The notes beneath the pieces were generated by a model. That model was not told the origin of the DNA. It made no database searches and saw only the letters and a program-made list of their open reading frames with translations. 64,000 nt of DNA. Source: an uncultured Bacteroidota bacterium. GTDB taxonomy: Bacteria; CLD3; SB21. The DNA lies in contig CAZLWA010000005.1 in the NCBI GenBank assembly GCA_964563165.1, positions 131,240 to 195,239 of the forward strand. The letters run 5' to 3'. Made by a program: the position numbers and the translations under genes. Positions 1-9,935 of the stretch are shown here, in pieces; the first letter of the stretch is position 1, and every line of letters begins with the position of its first letter.

Positions 1-276
1 ATAATAGATAAATTCAGAAATCTTTTCCGATGTGGGGTTCACATTTTTGAAGTAGGGATGGTCGTTGAAACAATTATGATCTAACCGGACAATCAGTTCA
101 TCCACGATTTGTTTTAGAATCGCGTAATCCGCCGTCATTCCATGGCCATCTGTTTTTTCCGATTTCAATCCGACCTTAATTTTCCAGTTATGTCCGTGAA
201 TGCGTGCGCAGACGCCGGGATAGTCGCGCAGCGCATGCGCCGCCGAAAAAGCTGCTGTGATCTCAAGAAAGTACAT
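1..276 (-). CDS. queD: 6-carboxy-5,6,7,8-tetrahydropterin synthase QueD (6-pyruvoyl-tetrahydropterin synthase family). The 3' end runs off the window.
   Basis: Minus-strand translation from the ATG at about 274-276 gives MYFLEITAAFSAAHALRDYPGVCARIHGHNWKIKVGLKSEKTDGHGMTADYAILKQIVDELIVRLDHNCFNDHPYF. The C-x3-HGH Zn-binding motif and a QueD-like N-terminus are present. The gene is not in the ORF track because it reaches the window edge. Confidence 0.7.
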   Translation of the reverse strand, partial: MYFLEITAAFSAAHALRDYPGVCARIHGHNWKIKVGLKSEKTDGHGMTADYAILKQIVDELIVRLDHNCFNDHPYFKNVNPTSEKISEFIYY

Positions 277-294
277 TACCCGGTCCTTCCATGG

Positions 295-531
295 TCATTT
301 TTGAGCGTGTAAATAATCCAGCGCGGCGGGAACATTTTCAAAGACTACGAGCCGACAAATGCTAGTATGTGAAAAATGGAATAAGAACAACTCGTCATTC
401 AATTCATACACCGCGTAATACTCGCCGGAATCAAAGTTCCCCGTTTCTTCGATCAGGCAGGATTCGGACGCGCCGTGAATTGCACGAAAAAAAATTTCCA
501 GATTGTCCCTGAGGAGCTCTAACACCTGCAT
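295..531 (-). CDS. Hypothetical 78-aa protein between the GGDEF gene and queD.
   Basis: ATG start. It sits 21 nt after the upstream gene and 18 nt before queD on the same strand, which suggests co-transcription. I recognise no family. Confidence 0.35.
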   Translation of the reverse strand: MQVLELLRDNLEIFFRAIHGASESCLIEETGNFDSGEYYAVYELNDELFLFHFSHTSICRLVVFENVPAALDYLHAQK

Positions 532-552
532 AAAAACTTGTGTGAAAGGGGA

Positions 553-1545
553 TCAAAAGTCAAGTTTATCAACTTTATTCTTAAATACGGTAGAGGCGTG
601 GTCGTAGATGACAACTTTATTGCGGCCGGTCTCTTTGGCTTCATACAGAGCGTCATCGGCAGCACGTGTGAGCGAATCGGCGTCGTCGGCGTCGGCCGGA
701 AACTGAGCCACACCGACGCTGATCTGAATGTTGAAATCGCGGTGATCAAACGGCGAATAAAAACTGCGATCCTGGAGATCCGCCCGGATACGGCTCATCA
801 CCATGGCGGCGTCTTTGCTTTGTGTCATCGGCATGATGACAATAAATTCTTCCCCGCCGTACCGGCAAACGAAGTCCTGGGTGCGAAGGGATCTTTTCAC
901 ATATTGCGCCAGGGAGGACAAAACAAAATCACCTGCGCGGTGGCCGTACGTGTCATTGAATTTCTTAAAATAATCGATGTCAATCATCACCAACGATAAC
1001 TCGTGGTTATATCGCTTGGTCCGGTTTATTTCAGTCGGCAGGCGATCGTCGAAAAGACGCCGGTTGAACACGTTCGTCAGCGCATCCACGTAGGTCAACT
1101 TCATGAAATTTTGAGAAATCTGGATCGCACGTTCGATACGAACGTCCAGTTCCTGCAGATCAAACGGTTTGATCAAAAGCCCGTCCCCGCCCGCACGAAA
1201 CACGTTTATCTTGGTCTCTAAATCATTGACGGCGGTCACTACAATGACGGGGATCAGCATGGTCCCGGGATTCTTGCGAATATTCTTGATCAGATCCAAT
1301 CCATTCATGCCGGGCATGATGATATCTACCAAAATCACGTCGGGTTTTTCCATCGTTGCAATTTGCAGTCCGTCCAATCCGTTTGCCGCCTCGTAGATCT
1401 CATAGTTCCGCTTCTGCAGAAACTCAACTACCATTGTACGGACGGCCGCATCATCTTCCACAAGCAAGACACGGCTTTTGGCGGAGGCCGTTTCATCGGC
1501 GGCGGTTGGCTCGGGAGGCTCAAGTTTCTTCTTTTTATGGCTCAT
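553..1545 (-). CDS. Response regulator with a receiver domain and a GGDEF diguanylate cyclase domain (PleD/WspR-like).
   Basis: N-terminal REC domain (LLVEDD...D...MPGMNG...K). The C-terminal GGDEF domain has an intact RYGGEEF active-site motif. Start is ATG. Confidence 0.85.
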   Translation of the reverse strand: MSHKKKKLEPPEPTAADETASAKSRVLLVEDDAAVRTMVVEFLQKRNYEIYEAANGLDGLQIATMEKPDVILVDIIMPGMNGLDLIKNIRKNPGTMLIPVIVVTAVNDLETKINVFRAGGDGLLIKPFDLQELDVRIERAIQISQNFMKLTYVDALTNVFNRRLFDDRLPTEINRTKRYNHELSLVMIDIDYFKKFNDTYGHRAGDFVLSSLAQYVKRSLRTQDFVCRYGGEEFIVIMPMTQSKDAAMVMSRIRADLQDRSFYSPFDHRDFNIQISVGVAQFPADADDADSLTRAADDALYEAKETGRNKVVIYDHASTVFKNKVDKLDF

Positions 1546-1550
1546 TGTTT

Positions 1551-2333
1551 TTATCGGATACTCTGCAGAAGTTTTCGTTTCGAAGCGGTCAGCGTGCCTT
1601 TTTGTTTGAGCTCCTCGGTATACGCCAGAAGCAATTGCGGATTGGATTCTTTAATACTGACGGCAACGATCAGATCCACCAGGTCATGGATTTCCTCCAG
1701 CCTTACAAACTTTCCTCCCGTTTTTTCGGCAAGGAATTGAAAATTACTAATTGTTTCCGAAACGTTATTGCAAAGCACGGTATAAATTTTCACGTGCTTT
1801 TCAACGAGATTATTCGTCTCGACCCGGTAGTCACGTCCGCTCGTGCATTCGTCAAAAGTGTCCATCACGCCGTGCGGAGGTTTATCTCCGATCAAAATAA
1901 TCGCTTTGCCCTTAGAGCCGTCGGACCAATCGAGCTGATTCGCTTCGTACAGCGCACATTCTACGGCTTCCGCGCCGCCGCCGCCCTGCCCGGGCGCAAT
2001 TTCAGGTTTTCGTAAAAATGAAATAAGCTCGTCTTCTTTATCACTGAACGGCAGAGTCATGGTTACATACTGGCCTTGTTCGTGATCTTTGTAGACGATA
2101 ATGGACAAACGTGCGCCCGGAACGCGTTTCCGGATTTCACGGACAATCAGCTGCACATGCATTTGAACTTCCGACAGATAAACGTCCATACTACCCGTCG
2201 TGTCAAACATGAACACAATTTCAAGCGGCGACGTTTTACGCGCTTTATCCAGTACGGGCTTGGCCAAAGACTTGTGTTCGGCGATTTTTTTTAATAACGC
2301 CTCTTTCTGTTTCTTTATAATTTCGCCGCTCAT
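1551..2333 (-). CDS. Cytoplasmic von Willebrand factor A (vWA) domain protein, TerY-like.
   Basis: Has a MIDAS-type motif (VFMFDTTGSM, DxTxS) and the later vWA strands. There is no signal peptide. It lies 5 nt upstream of the REC-GGDEF gene on the same strand. Confidence 0.7.
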   Translation of the reverse strand: MSGEIIKKQKEALLKKIAEHKSLAKPVLDKARKTSPLEIVFMFDTTGSMDVYLSEVQMHVQLIVREIRKRVPGARLSIIVYKDHEQGQYVTMTLPFSDKEDELISFLRKPEIAPGQGGGGAEAVECALYEANQLDWSDGSKGKAIILIGDKPPHGVMDTFDECTSGRDYRVETNNLVEKHVKIYTVLCNNVSETISNFQFLAEKTGGKFVRLEEIHDLVDLIVAVSIKESNPQLLLAYTEELKQKGTLTASKRKLLQSIR

Positions 2334-2555
2334 AAAGATCTTTCAGGAAAAGCTGTTTGAAAAGTGTTTCAGGCTGGATAATTGAGAATATAGGCCATTT
2401 TTGCAGGATTGACAAACAAATATTTCACGTAAGTCAAAATCGCCCCGCGAAGGGCCTAACAGATTCTCGCGGCCACCACGCGTGACGAATGAATCTCCCT
2501 TCAACCGTTTTCTGTTTATATATAGGTCCGGCGATGCGACTCCCGGAAGGATCCG

Positions 2556-3227
2556 TTACGCCTGCGGAACCAGTTCCGGTCTTCTTCGATAAGCCCTGAA
2601 TCCTTCAAACAGGAATTTGATGAGGAATAACAGCGCGCCAAGGCCGATTCCAGTGACCCACAAGGTGCTTCCGCAAATTCCTCCTTCCTCCGAAGATTCC
2701 GCGGTCATGTTGAGGGTGCCCATATCGAAAACTTTATTCACGTCAAATTCCCACGCCGCCGTATTGCCGTCTTTTTTATCGGCATTGGAGTTTTGAAGTT
2801 TTCCCGGCATGGTCAGATGAAATGTATACTTCAGATCCTTCCACGCGCCGCGGGCCGTATCGGTGATACCGGCTGATTTTTTGGCATTGAAATCTTCAGT
2901 GAAAAAAACCTTTTTATCCTTCTTTTCCAATTTGATCATCGAATCGTCGAAGGGTGATTTATACAGGTTAGCGTCTTCAAATTTCTTAGTTGCGATCAGA
3001 TGATACTTATCATCTTTCGTCTCTTCCGACACTTTCCAACCGTCCTGCTCAAAGGCCGCCTTCTTATCTTTCAGCTGATCCTTGCTGTCTTTTCCAATTT
3101 GGATGTCAATTTTTCTTTCCAGTCCGCCTCTTGAGTCGATCGTAGTCCACGATTCCGTTTGGAAGCAGCCGACCAGCCAGATAAAAAGACCTGTCGTTAC
3201 GACGAATGCCACGAGTCTTGTTTTCAT
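2556..3227 (-). CDS. Lipoprotein (hypothetical) with a C-terminal hydrophobic helix.
   Basis: The ORF extends to 3308, but the ATG at 3225-3227 is preceded by GGAGGA and gives MKTRLVAFVVTTGLFIWLVGC, a lipobox. The mature part is Lys/Asp-rich and the C-terminus carries a transmembrane segment. Confidence 0.5.
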   Translation of the reverse strand: MKTRLVAFVVTTGLFIWLVGCFQTESWTTIDSRGGLERKIDIQIGKDSKDQLKDKKAAFEQDGWKVSEETKDDKYHLIATKKFEDANLYKSPFDDSMIKLEKKDKKVFFTEDFNAKKSAGITDTARGAWKDLKYTFHLTMPGKLQNSNADKKDGNTAAWEFDVNKVFDMGTLNMTAESSEEGGICGSTLWVTGIGLGALLFLIKFLFEGFRAYRRRPELVPQA

Positions 3228-3427
3228 GATTTCCTCCGCGATGTGTTTCTTGTTTGAAAAAAATGGAAAAGAATCAGAAATTATTTTTGATTGTAAATCA
3301 AATAACACAAAATTGCAAGAAGTTTCTCGCGGGTCGAAACTCTTAAAGCGAATTTAAAGTTGCGTAGGTAGTTCTTTTCGTTTATATTTTTATGGAAGGT
3401 AACGGATACCATAATAAGGAAAGTACC

Positions 3428-4771
3428 ATGAGCGATTTTTCAGGAAATCCCTGGCGTGCCGGCAACAACCAAGACGGAAAAGATCCGGTCATTAAAAAGC
3501 CAACGAGCGTAAATCTCAATACTCCGGAAGGTTGTTATGAAGCGGCGCAGCATGCGCAAAACAACAAGCAATTTCAGCAAGCCGTGGATTATTGCCGGAA
3601 AGCCATCGAGTTGAATCCGGTGTATCTGGACGCGTGGTTTTACCTCGCGTTCAATCAAATGGATTTGCAGAAATACGAAGAAGCAATTCCGGATTTCATG
3701 AAAGCGATCGAAATTGAAAAAGACGGTAATTACTACAAACCTTTCAGCTACTACAATATCGGGCTTTGCCATTACAATCTCACGCGCGACGACGAAGCGC
3801 TGAATTATTTCAATCAAGCCGTGGCACTTAAACCGGATTACGTTCCGGCGATCAATTATATCGGGCTGATTTACTATATCAAAAGAGAATATGACACGGC
3901 CATCGGCTATTTCAACAAATGCCTGCAGTACGATCCTAAGTACGTTTATGCGCATTACAATTTAGGGCGCTGTCACTATTATCAATACAAGGACGATCCG
4001 GCGCTGGAAGAATTTCTGAAAACGCTTCAAAACGACGCCAATCACGTGGAGGCCAATAACTACGCGGGTTTGATTTACATGAATAAAAAGCTCTATGCGA
4101 GCGCGATCGGGTATTTCCACAAAGCAACAACTCTCGATCCTAAGTTTACCGCACCGCTTTACAATCTCGGAATCTTGAATTACGAACAGAAACTATATCC
4201 GCAGGCATTGGAATATTTTGATAAAACCCTGCAGGTTGACCCGAACCATGCCGACGCATGCAACTACATCGGCCTGGTCTATCACGATCAAAAACTTTGG
4301 GACCAGGCGATCCAGTATTATCAGAAAACCCTGACCATTCAGCCGGATTATAAATACGCTTTGTATAATCTGGGCCTCGTATACTACAACAAAGGGGACT
4401 ACAAAAACTCCATTGACCACTACCAAAAATGTTTGATCCTTGATCCGTCTTATGTTTCTTGCCAATACAACCTGGGGTTGGCATATTATCAGTCCAATGA
4501 TTTGCAGACCGCCTTGCGGCATTTCGATGAGGCCGTGCGGTTGAAACACGATCATTTCAATGCGCATTATTACCGCGGGCTGATTTATAACACGACCGGT
4601 TATCCTGAAAAAGCAATGCTCGTTATCGAGGAGCTGAAGAAAATTGATTATCCGACAGCGAAAGACCTGTATAAAGAGATTACCGGCAACGAATTGTCCC
4701 CATCGACCACACCGTCGCCACGGCAAACACCGCGCGATGCCGCGTTCGGACCGAGCCACCGGGGACACTAA
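3428..4771 (+). CDS. Tetratricopeptide (TPR) repeat protein with a Pro/Ser/Thr-rich C-terminal tail.
   Basis: At least 9 consecutive 34-aa TPR units (A..Y..A...P.Y..A.YNLG). The ORF opens at 3392, but the ATG at 3428 has an AAGGAAAG Shine-Dalgarno site. Confidence 0.75.
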   Translation: MSDFSGNPWRAGNNQDGKDPVIKKPTSVNLNTPEGCYEAAQHAQNNKQFQQAVDYCRKAIELNPVYLDAWFYLAFNQMDLQKYEEAIPDFMKAIEIEKDGNYYKPFSYYNIGLCHYNLTRDDEALNYFNQAVALKPDYVPAINYIGLIYYIKREYDTAIGYFNKCLQYDPKYVYAHYNLGRCHYYQYKDDPALEEFLKTLQNDANHVEANNYAGLIYMNKKLYASAIGYFHKATTLDPKFTAPLYNLGILNYEQKLYPQALEYFDKTLQVDPNHADACNYIGLVYHDQKLWDQAIQYYQKTLTIQPDYKYALYNLGLVYYNKGDYKNSIDHYQKCLILDPSYVSCQYNLGLAYYQSNDLQTALRHFDEAVRLKHDHFNAHYYRGLIYNTTGYPEKAMLVIEELKKIDYPTAKDLYKEITGNELSPSTTPSPRQTPRDAAFGPSHRGH

Positions 4772-4822
4772 CGCTGACAGATCCTCCTTTCGAAGGAGGG
4801 GAATAAGGAAGCAAATTACATC

Positions 4823-5320
4823 ATGTTGGAAGAAAAGAAAAAAGAAGAAGTTCATAACGAATTACGAAACTTTCTTCATTCGCAGCGCTTGAAAGCGACG
4901 CCGGAACGGTTTGCAGTTTTAGATGAAATTTACAGCACCCATTTTCATTTTGAAGCCGAGGATATTCTGCTGCGTATGCGGAAAAAGAAATATCACGTTT
5001 CCCGTGCGACGATCTACCGCACGCTGGAGATTTTAGAAAAATGCGGATTGATCCGCAAAGCAAAATTAGGCGAGAAGAAGGCGTATTACGAGCACACGTA
5101 CGGGCGGCACCATCACGAGCACATGAAATGTACGATATGCGGGCGTGTGATAGAATTCGAATCGGAAGAAATCGAAAAACTGCAGGACGTGGTCTGCAAG
5201 CAGTACCATTTTCAAATGACGCATCATATTCTGCATTTGTTCGGAATTTGCGAAGACTGTAAAAAACATCCCGTCGATCGAAAAGTGAAAACACATCCGC
5301 GGGAATTGACGGTGAAATAA
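4823..5320 (+). CDS. fur: Fur family transcriptional regulator.
   Basis: Winged-helix N-terminus (VSRATIYRTLEILEKCGLI) followed by the HHHEH...CxxC...CxxC metal-site pattern. Length is 165 aa. Confidence 0.8.
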   Translation: MLEEKKKEEVHNELRNFLHSQRLKATPERFAVLDEIYSTHFHFEAEDILLRMRKKKYHVSRATIYRTLEILEKCGLIRKAKLGEKKAYYEHTYGRHHHEHMKCTICGRVIEFESEEIEKLQDVVCKQYHFQMTHHILHLFGICEDCKKHPVDRKVKTHPRELTVK

Positions 5321-5343
5321 TGTATCCTGTCTCCCCGCGCCCC

Positions 5344-6411
5344 TCATTCCTCCAAAGACGATTTTATTCTTCCGGTTTTTAGGAAACGAACCGACGCTTT
5401 AAACCACCACGCTCCTTTTTCGAACACGAAATACCAAAACGAATTCAGGATTAATTCAAACGTTCCGACCCATTTCGTTTCGGTCTCACAAAATCCCTTT
5501 TTGAAACGATAGACGCCCTGCAGCGGGCTTTGCTCATCAGGATTCGACGGGATGCCCCAAAAATCGTACCAGTGCACGCCACGCTTCTTCGCCCATTGGA
5601 TCGCGCGCCAGTGGATCAAATGATTCGGCATCAGGTTACGATACTCATTGGAGGACGCGCCATACAGATACGTCATTCGGCCGCCGAACACAGTTTGGAA
5701 AATCGCCGCCAAAGGCTGGTGATCATAATAAGCTACAAGAATGGTACACGCATTCTTTTCCGATAAAGTTTTCCACAAATGCCGAAAATAGTTTTTTTTC
5801 AAAATAAGAAATTGGTCGCGGGCACCGGTTATTTGAAATAAACTGTAAAAAAGATCCACGCCTTCTTCCGAATTTTCTTCTTCGATGACCACCCCTTTTT
5901 TTTCGGCAAGCTTAATATTATAACGGGTTTTGTGGTGAAACGATTTTAACAGATTTTCTTCATCCGGACGAATGTCCAAAATGATCGTGGCACGCGGCTG
6001 AATATTGCCGGAATTGTGCCGCAGTCCGTTTTCATTCAGGCATTTCACAAAAGAGGACTCAGGTTCCGCAATTTCCGGATCGCAGCGAAAAACGAACGCA
6101 TTCTCTTTTTTGGCTAATTCACGAACGGACCGGAAAAAGAAATTGACCACAGTGCCGTCGAGAGAATTAAATACGGGTCCCCGCGGCGCGTAAAAAAGAG
6201 ACTGATTGAAAAAGGGAAGTTTGCGTTTGAGAATGAGGGCCGCCGCTAAAAAGTTTTCCCGGTCATCTGTCACGGCCGCATACAGCGGTTTCCACGTTCC
6301 GTTTTTGACCGTTCCCCATGCGTAGCTTTGCAGAATGGAGCCGTTCAACGAGGATTGAACGAAGGCGTCCCATGCATCGCGTTGATTTTCGTTGACGAGG
6401 GTGAACTTCAT
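5344..6411 (-). CDS. FemAB-family protein (peptidoglycan interpeptide-bridge / aminoacyl-transferase fold).
   Basis: 355 aa. Carries the FemAB-like tandem GNAT-fold pattern (YAPRGPV, YLYGASS...HLIHW, FKKGF). Confidence 0.55.
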   Translation of the reverse strand: MKFTLVNENQRDAWDAFVQSSLNGSILQSYAWGTVKNGTWKPLYAAVTDDRENFLAAALILKRKLPFFNQSLFYAPRGPVFNSLDGTVVNFFFRSVRELAKKENAFVFRCDPEIAEPESSFVKCLNENGLRHNSGNIQPRATIILDIRPDEENLLKSFHHKTRYNIKLAEKKGVVIEEENSEEGVDLFYSLFQITGARDQFLILKKNYFRHLWKTLSEKNACTILVAYYDHQPLAAIFQTVFGGRMTYLYGASSNEYRNLMPNHLIHWRAIQWAKKRGVHWYDFWGIPSNPDEQSPLQGVYRFKKGFCETETKWVGTFELILNSFWYFVFEKGAWWFKASVRFLKTGRIKSSLEE

Positions 6412-6454
6412 TTATTAGAGTTGTTTTCAGGATGCGCCGGGATCCGCCAAGACG

Positions 6455-6838
6455 TTAATCCAGGAATCGCACGCGTTCTTCCGGCGTAGGAAGGCGGCAG
6501 CTTTCTTTTTTACCGAAAATCTTGTAGCGGTTCTTTGCAATTACATTATATATCGGATCGCGAATGAATTTCGGTACTGCAAAGAAAATTACGGACAGTT
6601 TCCAAATTCCGCCGAGGCGAATTAAAATTTTCAATGCCGCCGTGGATTTATCGTGCATTCCCTTTTCATCAAGTAAAACCACGGATTCCATATCGGCGAC
6701 AGGCGGGAGCTTTTGTTTGGCCGTTTCTCCCTGAAGCGGCGCGAAAAGAAAAATTTGTTTCTTATCGCGAACGATCAGAAAATCCACAGACTTGTTGCAT
6801 AATCCGCACACGCCGTCGAAAAAAATAATCGGCTTCAT
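6455..6838 (-). CDS. DCC1-like thiol-disulfide oxidoreductase family protein (DUF393).
   Basis: The N-terminal FDGVCGLCN motif is typical of DUF393. Length is 127 aa. It overlaps the upstream EamA gene by 4 nt. Confidence 0.6.
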   Translation of the reverse strand: MKPIIFFDGVCGLCNKSVDFLIVRDKKQIFLFAPLQGETAKQKLPPVADMESVVLLDEKGMHDKSTAALKILIRLGGIWKLSVIFFAVPKFIRDPIYNVIAKNRYKIFGKKESCRLPTPEERVRFLD

Positions 6839-7797
6839 TTCACATTATCGTGCGAGGTCATCGCCAATTCGTTATTTGCCTTGGCATAGTTTACATTGAT
6901 CATGAAAACCGTAAACAGCAGGGAAATTCCGGCCGCGACTTGTGTGAGCGAAAGCGGGCTGTTCATAAATCCCCAAGTGAGCACGAGCGCGGAAAAAGTC
7001 TGCGTCAATTCGCAGAATCCGCCTACGCTGGCGGAAGTCCTGGACAATCCTTTGAAATAAAAATACAACGGCACGACGCCCGCTCCGAAACTCAGCCAAA
7101 CGTAATTTGTAATCACAAACGTGTCGGAATACTCCGCCCAATGCAAGGTTTCACCGTTGAATTTTCCGTTCAGCGTGAGGCTAATCACCAGCGTGATCGC
7201 GCCGACGATGAACCGGCCGGGAACGGCAACCTGCCAGGGCATGTGCAGCATCGCTCCCCGGCCTGCGACGGTGCTGAATCCCCACGTCAAGGCCGTCAGA
7301 GAGATATACAAAAGCCCGATGCTCCACTTAAAATCATGAAAATGGAATTCATCCGTAGCGATGACCATTCCGCAGGCGAGCGCCGCCGCCGCCCAGATAA
7401 AGAACCCCTTTCCCAGTTTTTCCCTAAGCAAAAGGCTTGCAAAAAAAATACTGATGAGCGGCTGAAAATTAAGCAGCACGTTGGCGACGGAAAAATTCAG
7501 TTCTTTCAGGCTCATCGTGAAAAAGGTAGTGCCGATGGCGCTGCCAACGGAACCGCTCAGAATAAGATAGATCCAGGACGAGAGGGGAATCTGCCTGAGG
7601 CCTTTTAGTTTAAAAAAGAGAAGAGGTAATGTGAAGAGGATGCAGAATAAGTGTTCGTGGAATACCAGTACTTCCGGATCAAATCGCGTATTCAAATTCA
7701 CGCGAAAGTACGTTTCCGTTCCCCACAGCGCCGCACCGATGACCACAAACAATGGACCGAGTATGAGCCAGTGTTTCTTATTTTCGGGAGTTTGCAT
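6835..7797 (-). CDS. EamA/DMT-superfamily transporter.
   Basis: 320 aa with about 10 predicted transmembrane helices and the duplicated EamA-like topology. Confidence 0.65.
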   Translation of the reverse strand: MQTPENKKHWLILGPLFVVIGAALWGTETYFRVNLNTRFDPEVLVFHEHLFCILFTLPLLFFKLKGLRQIPLSSWIYLILSGSVGSAIGTTFFTMSLKELNFSVANVLLNFQPLISIFFASLLLREKLGKGFFIWAAAALACGMVIATDEFHFHDFKWSIGLLYISLTALTWGFSTVAGRGAMLHMPWQVAVPGRFIVGAITLVISLTLNGKFNGETLHWAEYSDTFVITNYVWLSFGAGVVPLYFYFKGLSRTSASVGGFCELTQTFSALVLTWGFMNSPLSLTQVAAGISLLFTVFMINVNYAKANNELAMTSHDNVK

Positions 7798-7809
7798 AAA
7801 AGGGCTTTT

Positions 7810-9627
7810 TCACTTCAATCCTGCATGATGCTCTTGAAGGCTTGTGACGTCTAATTTTTCATCGATGATCGCTTTAATGCCTTTGACGAGACCGATCGCA
7901 CCGGGAATCGTGGTGATAAGGGGAATTTTAAACATCATCGCCGCCTCGCCGATGTAGCGCTCATCGAGCTTTGCTGCTTTTCCCGTCGGCGTATTGATGA
8001 CGAGCTGAATTTCTTTATTCTTGATGCGGTCGACGACATTAGGCCGTCCTTCGTGAATTTTGAAAACGTGTTTCGCGTCAATGCCGTTCTGGACTAAAAT
8101 TTTCTGTGTGCCTTCGGTCGCGTAAATGATGAATCCCAGTTCCGATAATTCTCTTGCGATCGGCGCGATCTTCGATTTGTCACGGTCGTTGACGGTGATG
8201 AATACACCTCCGGATACGGGCATCTGCATACCGGCGGCGATATGCGCTTTGGCCAGCGCTTTGGGAAAATTCTCCGCAATGCCCATGACTTCCCCCGTGG
8301 AGCGCATTTCCGGGCCCAGATACATACGGATCCCGGGAAATTTTGCAAATGGAAACACCGGATCTTTCACGGAAGTATATTTGGGAATAATTTCATGGGT
8401 CAGGCCGAGATCGCCCAATGTTTTTCCGGTCATTATTTTTGCCGCCATTTTTGCAAGCGGAATTCCTATCGCCTTGCTGACGAACGGCACCGTACGCGAC
8501 GCGCGCGGGTTGACTTCGAGGACATACACATCGGAATTTTGAACGGCATATTGGATATTGATCAAACCGATGACGTTCAGTTCTTTTGCCAGCGCGATGG
8601 TGAACGTGCGGAGCTTGGCCATGACGTCATCCGAAGTGGAATACGGCGGAAGCACACAGGAGCTGTCTCCGGAATGAATGCCGGCTTCTTCGATATGCTG
8701 CATAATACCGCCGATGAAAACGTCTTTGCCGTCGGACAACGCGTCGACATCGTACTCATAGGCATCGGAAAGAAATTTATCCACGAGAATCGGATGCTCC
8801 GGAGAAACGTTGATCGCCTGGGTCATATAGCCTTCGAGCGCTTCGTCGTCATACACGATTTCCATGGCGCGCCCGCCGAGAACGTACGACGGGCGCACGA
8901 GAACGGGATACGTGATGGTATTTGCGATCTGCCGCGCTTCCTCGAACGAGGAAGCCGTGCCGTATTCCGGGCATTGAATGTGCAAGCGGTTGAGCAGGGC
9001 GCCGAATTTTTTCCGGTCTTCCGCGGCGTCAATGTTTTCCGGCGAAGTGCCGAGAATCTTCACGCCCGCATTCATCAACGGAATCGCGAGTTTCAGCGGC
9101 GTCTGTCCGCCGAACTGCACGATCACGCCTTCGGGTTTTTCGGTTTCGATAATATTCATCACGTCTTCAAACGTCAGCGGCTCGAAATACAAACGATCGG
9201 AAGTATCGTAATCCGTACTGACCGTTTCCGGGTTGCAATTCACCATGATCACTTCGTAGCCCTCCTCTTGCAGAGCATACACGCCGTGAACGCAGCAATA
9301 ATCAAATTCGATGCCTTGTCCGATGCGATTCGGACCGCCGCCGAGGATAATGATCTTTTTCTTTTTAGTGTCGACGCTTTCAGTTTCTGATTCGTAGGTG
9401 GAATAAAAGTACGGCGTCTCCGCTTCAAATTCCGCCGCGCACGTATCTACGGTCTTATAGACAGGTAAAATTCCGAACGACTTGCGAAGTTGACGGATCG
9501 TCGATTCATCCGTTTGCCAGATATGGGCCAATTGGCGATCGGAAAAACCCATTTGCTTGGCGCGCGTCAACAGCGCATGAGGAATTTTCTTTTTAAGCAA
9601 TTCCAGTTTGACTTGAGAAGGCAACAA
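7810..9627 (-). CDS. carB: Carbamoyl-phosphate synthase large subunit, C-terminal half only (split CarB).
   Basis: Aligns to E. coli CarB from about residue 460 to the end. Shared segments include [75 protein letters not shown] and the MGS-like allosteric domain. It has a TTG start with an AGGAG site 5 nt upstream and an in-frame stop immediately before. No N-terminal half is adjacent. Confidence 0.8.
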   Translation of the reverse strand: MLPSQVKLELLKKKIPHALLTRAKQMGFSDRQLAHIWQTDESTIRQLRKSFGILPVYKTVDTCAAEFEAETPYFYSTYESETESVDTKKKKIIILGGGPNRIGQGIEFDYCCVHGVYALQEEGYEVIMVNCNPETVSTDYDTSDRLYFEPLTFEDVMNIIETEKPEGVIVQFGGQTPLKLAIPLMNAGVKILGTSPENIDAAEDRKKFGALLNRLHIQCPEYGTASSFEEARQIANTITYPVLVRPSYVLGGRAMEIVYDDEALEGYMTQAINVSPEHPILVDKFLSDAYEYDVDALSDGKDVFIGGIMQHIEEAGIHSGDSSCVLPPYSTSDDVMAKLRTFTIALAKELNVIGLINIQYAVQNSDVYVLEVNPRASRTVPFVSKAIGIPLAKMAAKIMTGKTLGDLGLTHEIIPKYTSVKDPVFPFAKFPGIRMYLGPEMRSTGEVMGIAENFPKALAKAHIAAGMQMPVSGGVFITVNDRDKSKIAPIARELSELGFIIYATEGTQKILVQNGIDAKHVFKIHEGRPNVVDRIKNKEIQLVINTPTGKAAKLDERYIGEAAMMFKIPLITTIPGAIGLVKGIKAIIDEKLDVTSLQEHHAGLK

Positions 9628-9935
9628 AGCTCCTGATTGATCTGATGATTCCCTGCGAAAGGCTTATTTAAATGACACCGAAGCTACGTATTATCGCCGA
9701 CTGTATCAAGTTAATTTTCGCCCGCAGGCGCATAATCAAAGGCGCGCGAGGCCGAATGGCCCCGCCCAAAAAATTATTGCAATTTAATTTGAAAAGTATT
9801 ATCATTTATGCACTTTCGATTTATTTGAGCGACTTCCCAGCCATGTTCTCAGCACTATTTTAAGTTGTTTTAACACTCAAAAAGTGAAAAAATTAACGAA
9901 TTAATTCCTTACGATTAATTCTTAAGGGAAATAAT

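Noticed and set aside
4785-4805. Hairpin CCTCCTTTCGAAGGAGG after the TPR gene, as a possible terminator.
   Set aside because: No U-tract follows it. The GGAGG arm is more likely part of the fur ribosome-binding region.
8242-9390. 382-aa ORF on the + strand inside carB, and similar long antisense ORFs (1356-2015, 4193-4855, 33452-34537, 37004-37642, 46251-46907, 27594-28040, 23967-24533, 51544-52041).
   Set aside because: All lie antisense to well-supported genes and have Arg/His-rich low-complexity translations. They have no motifs and no plausible starts or Shine-Dalgarno sites. They look like typical shadow ORFs.
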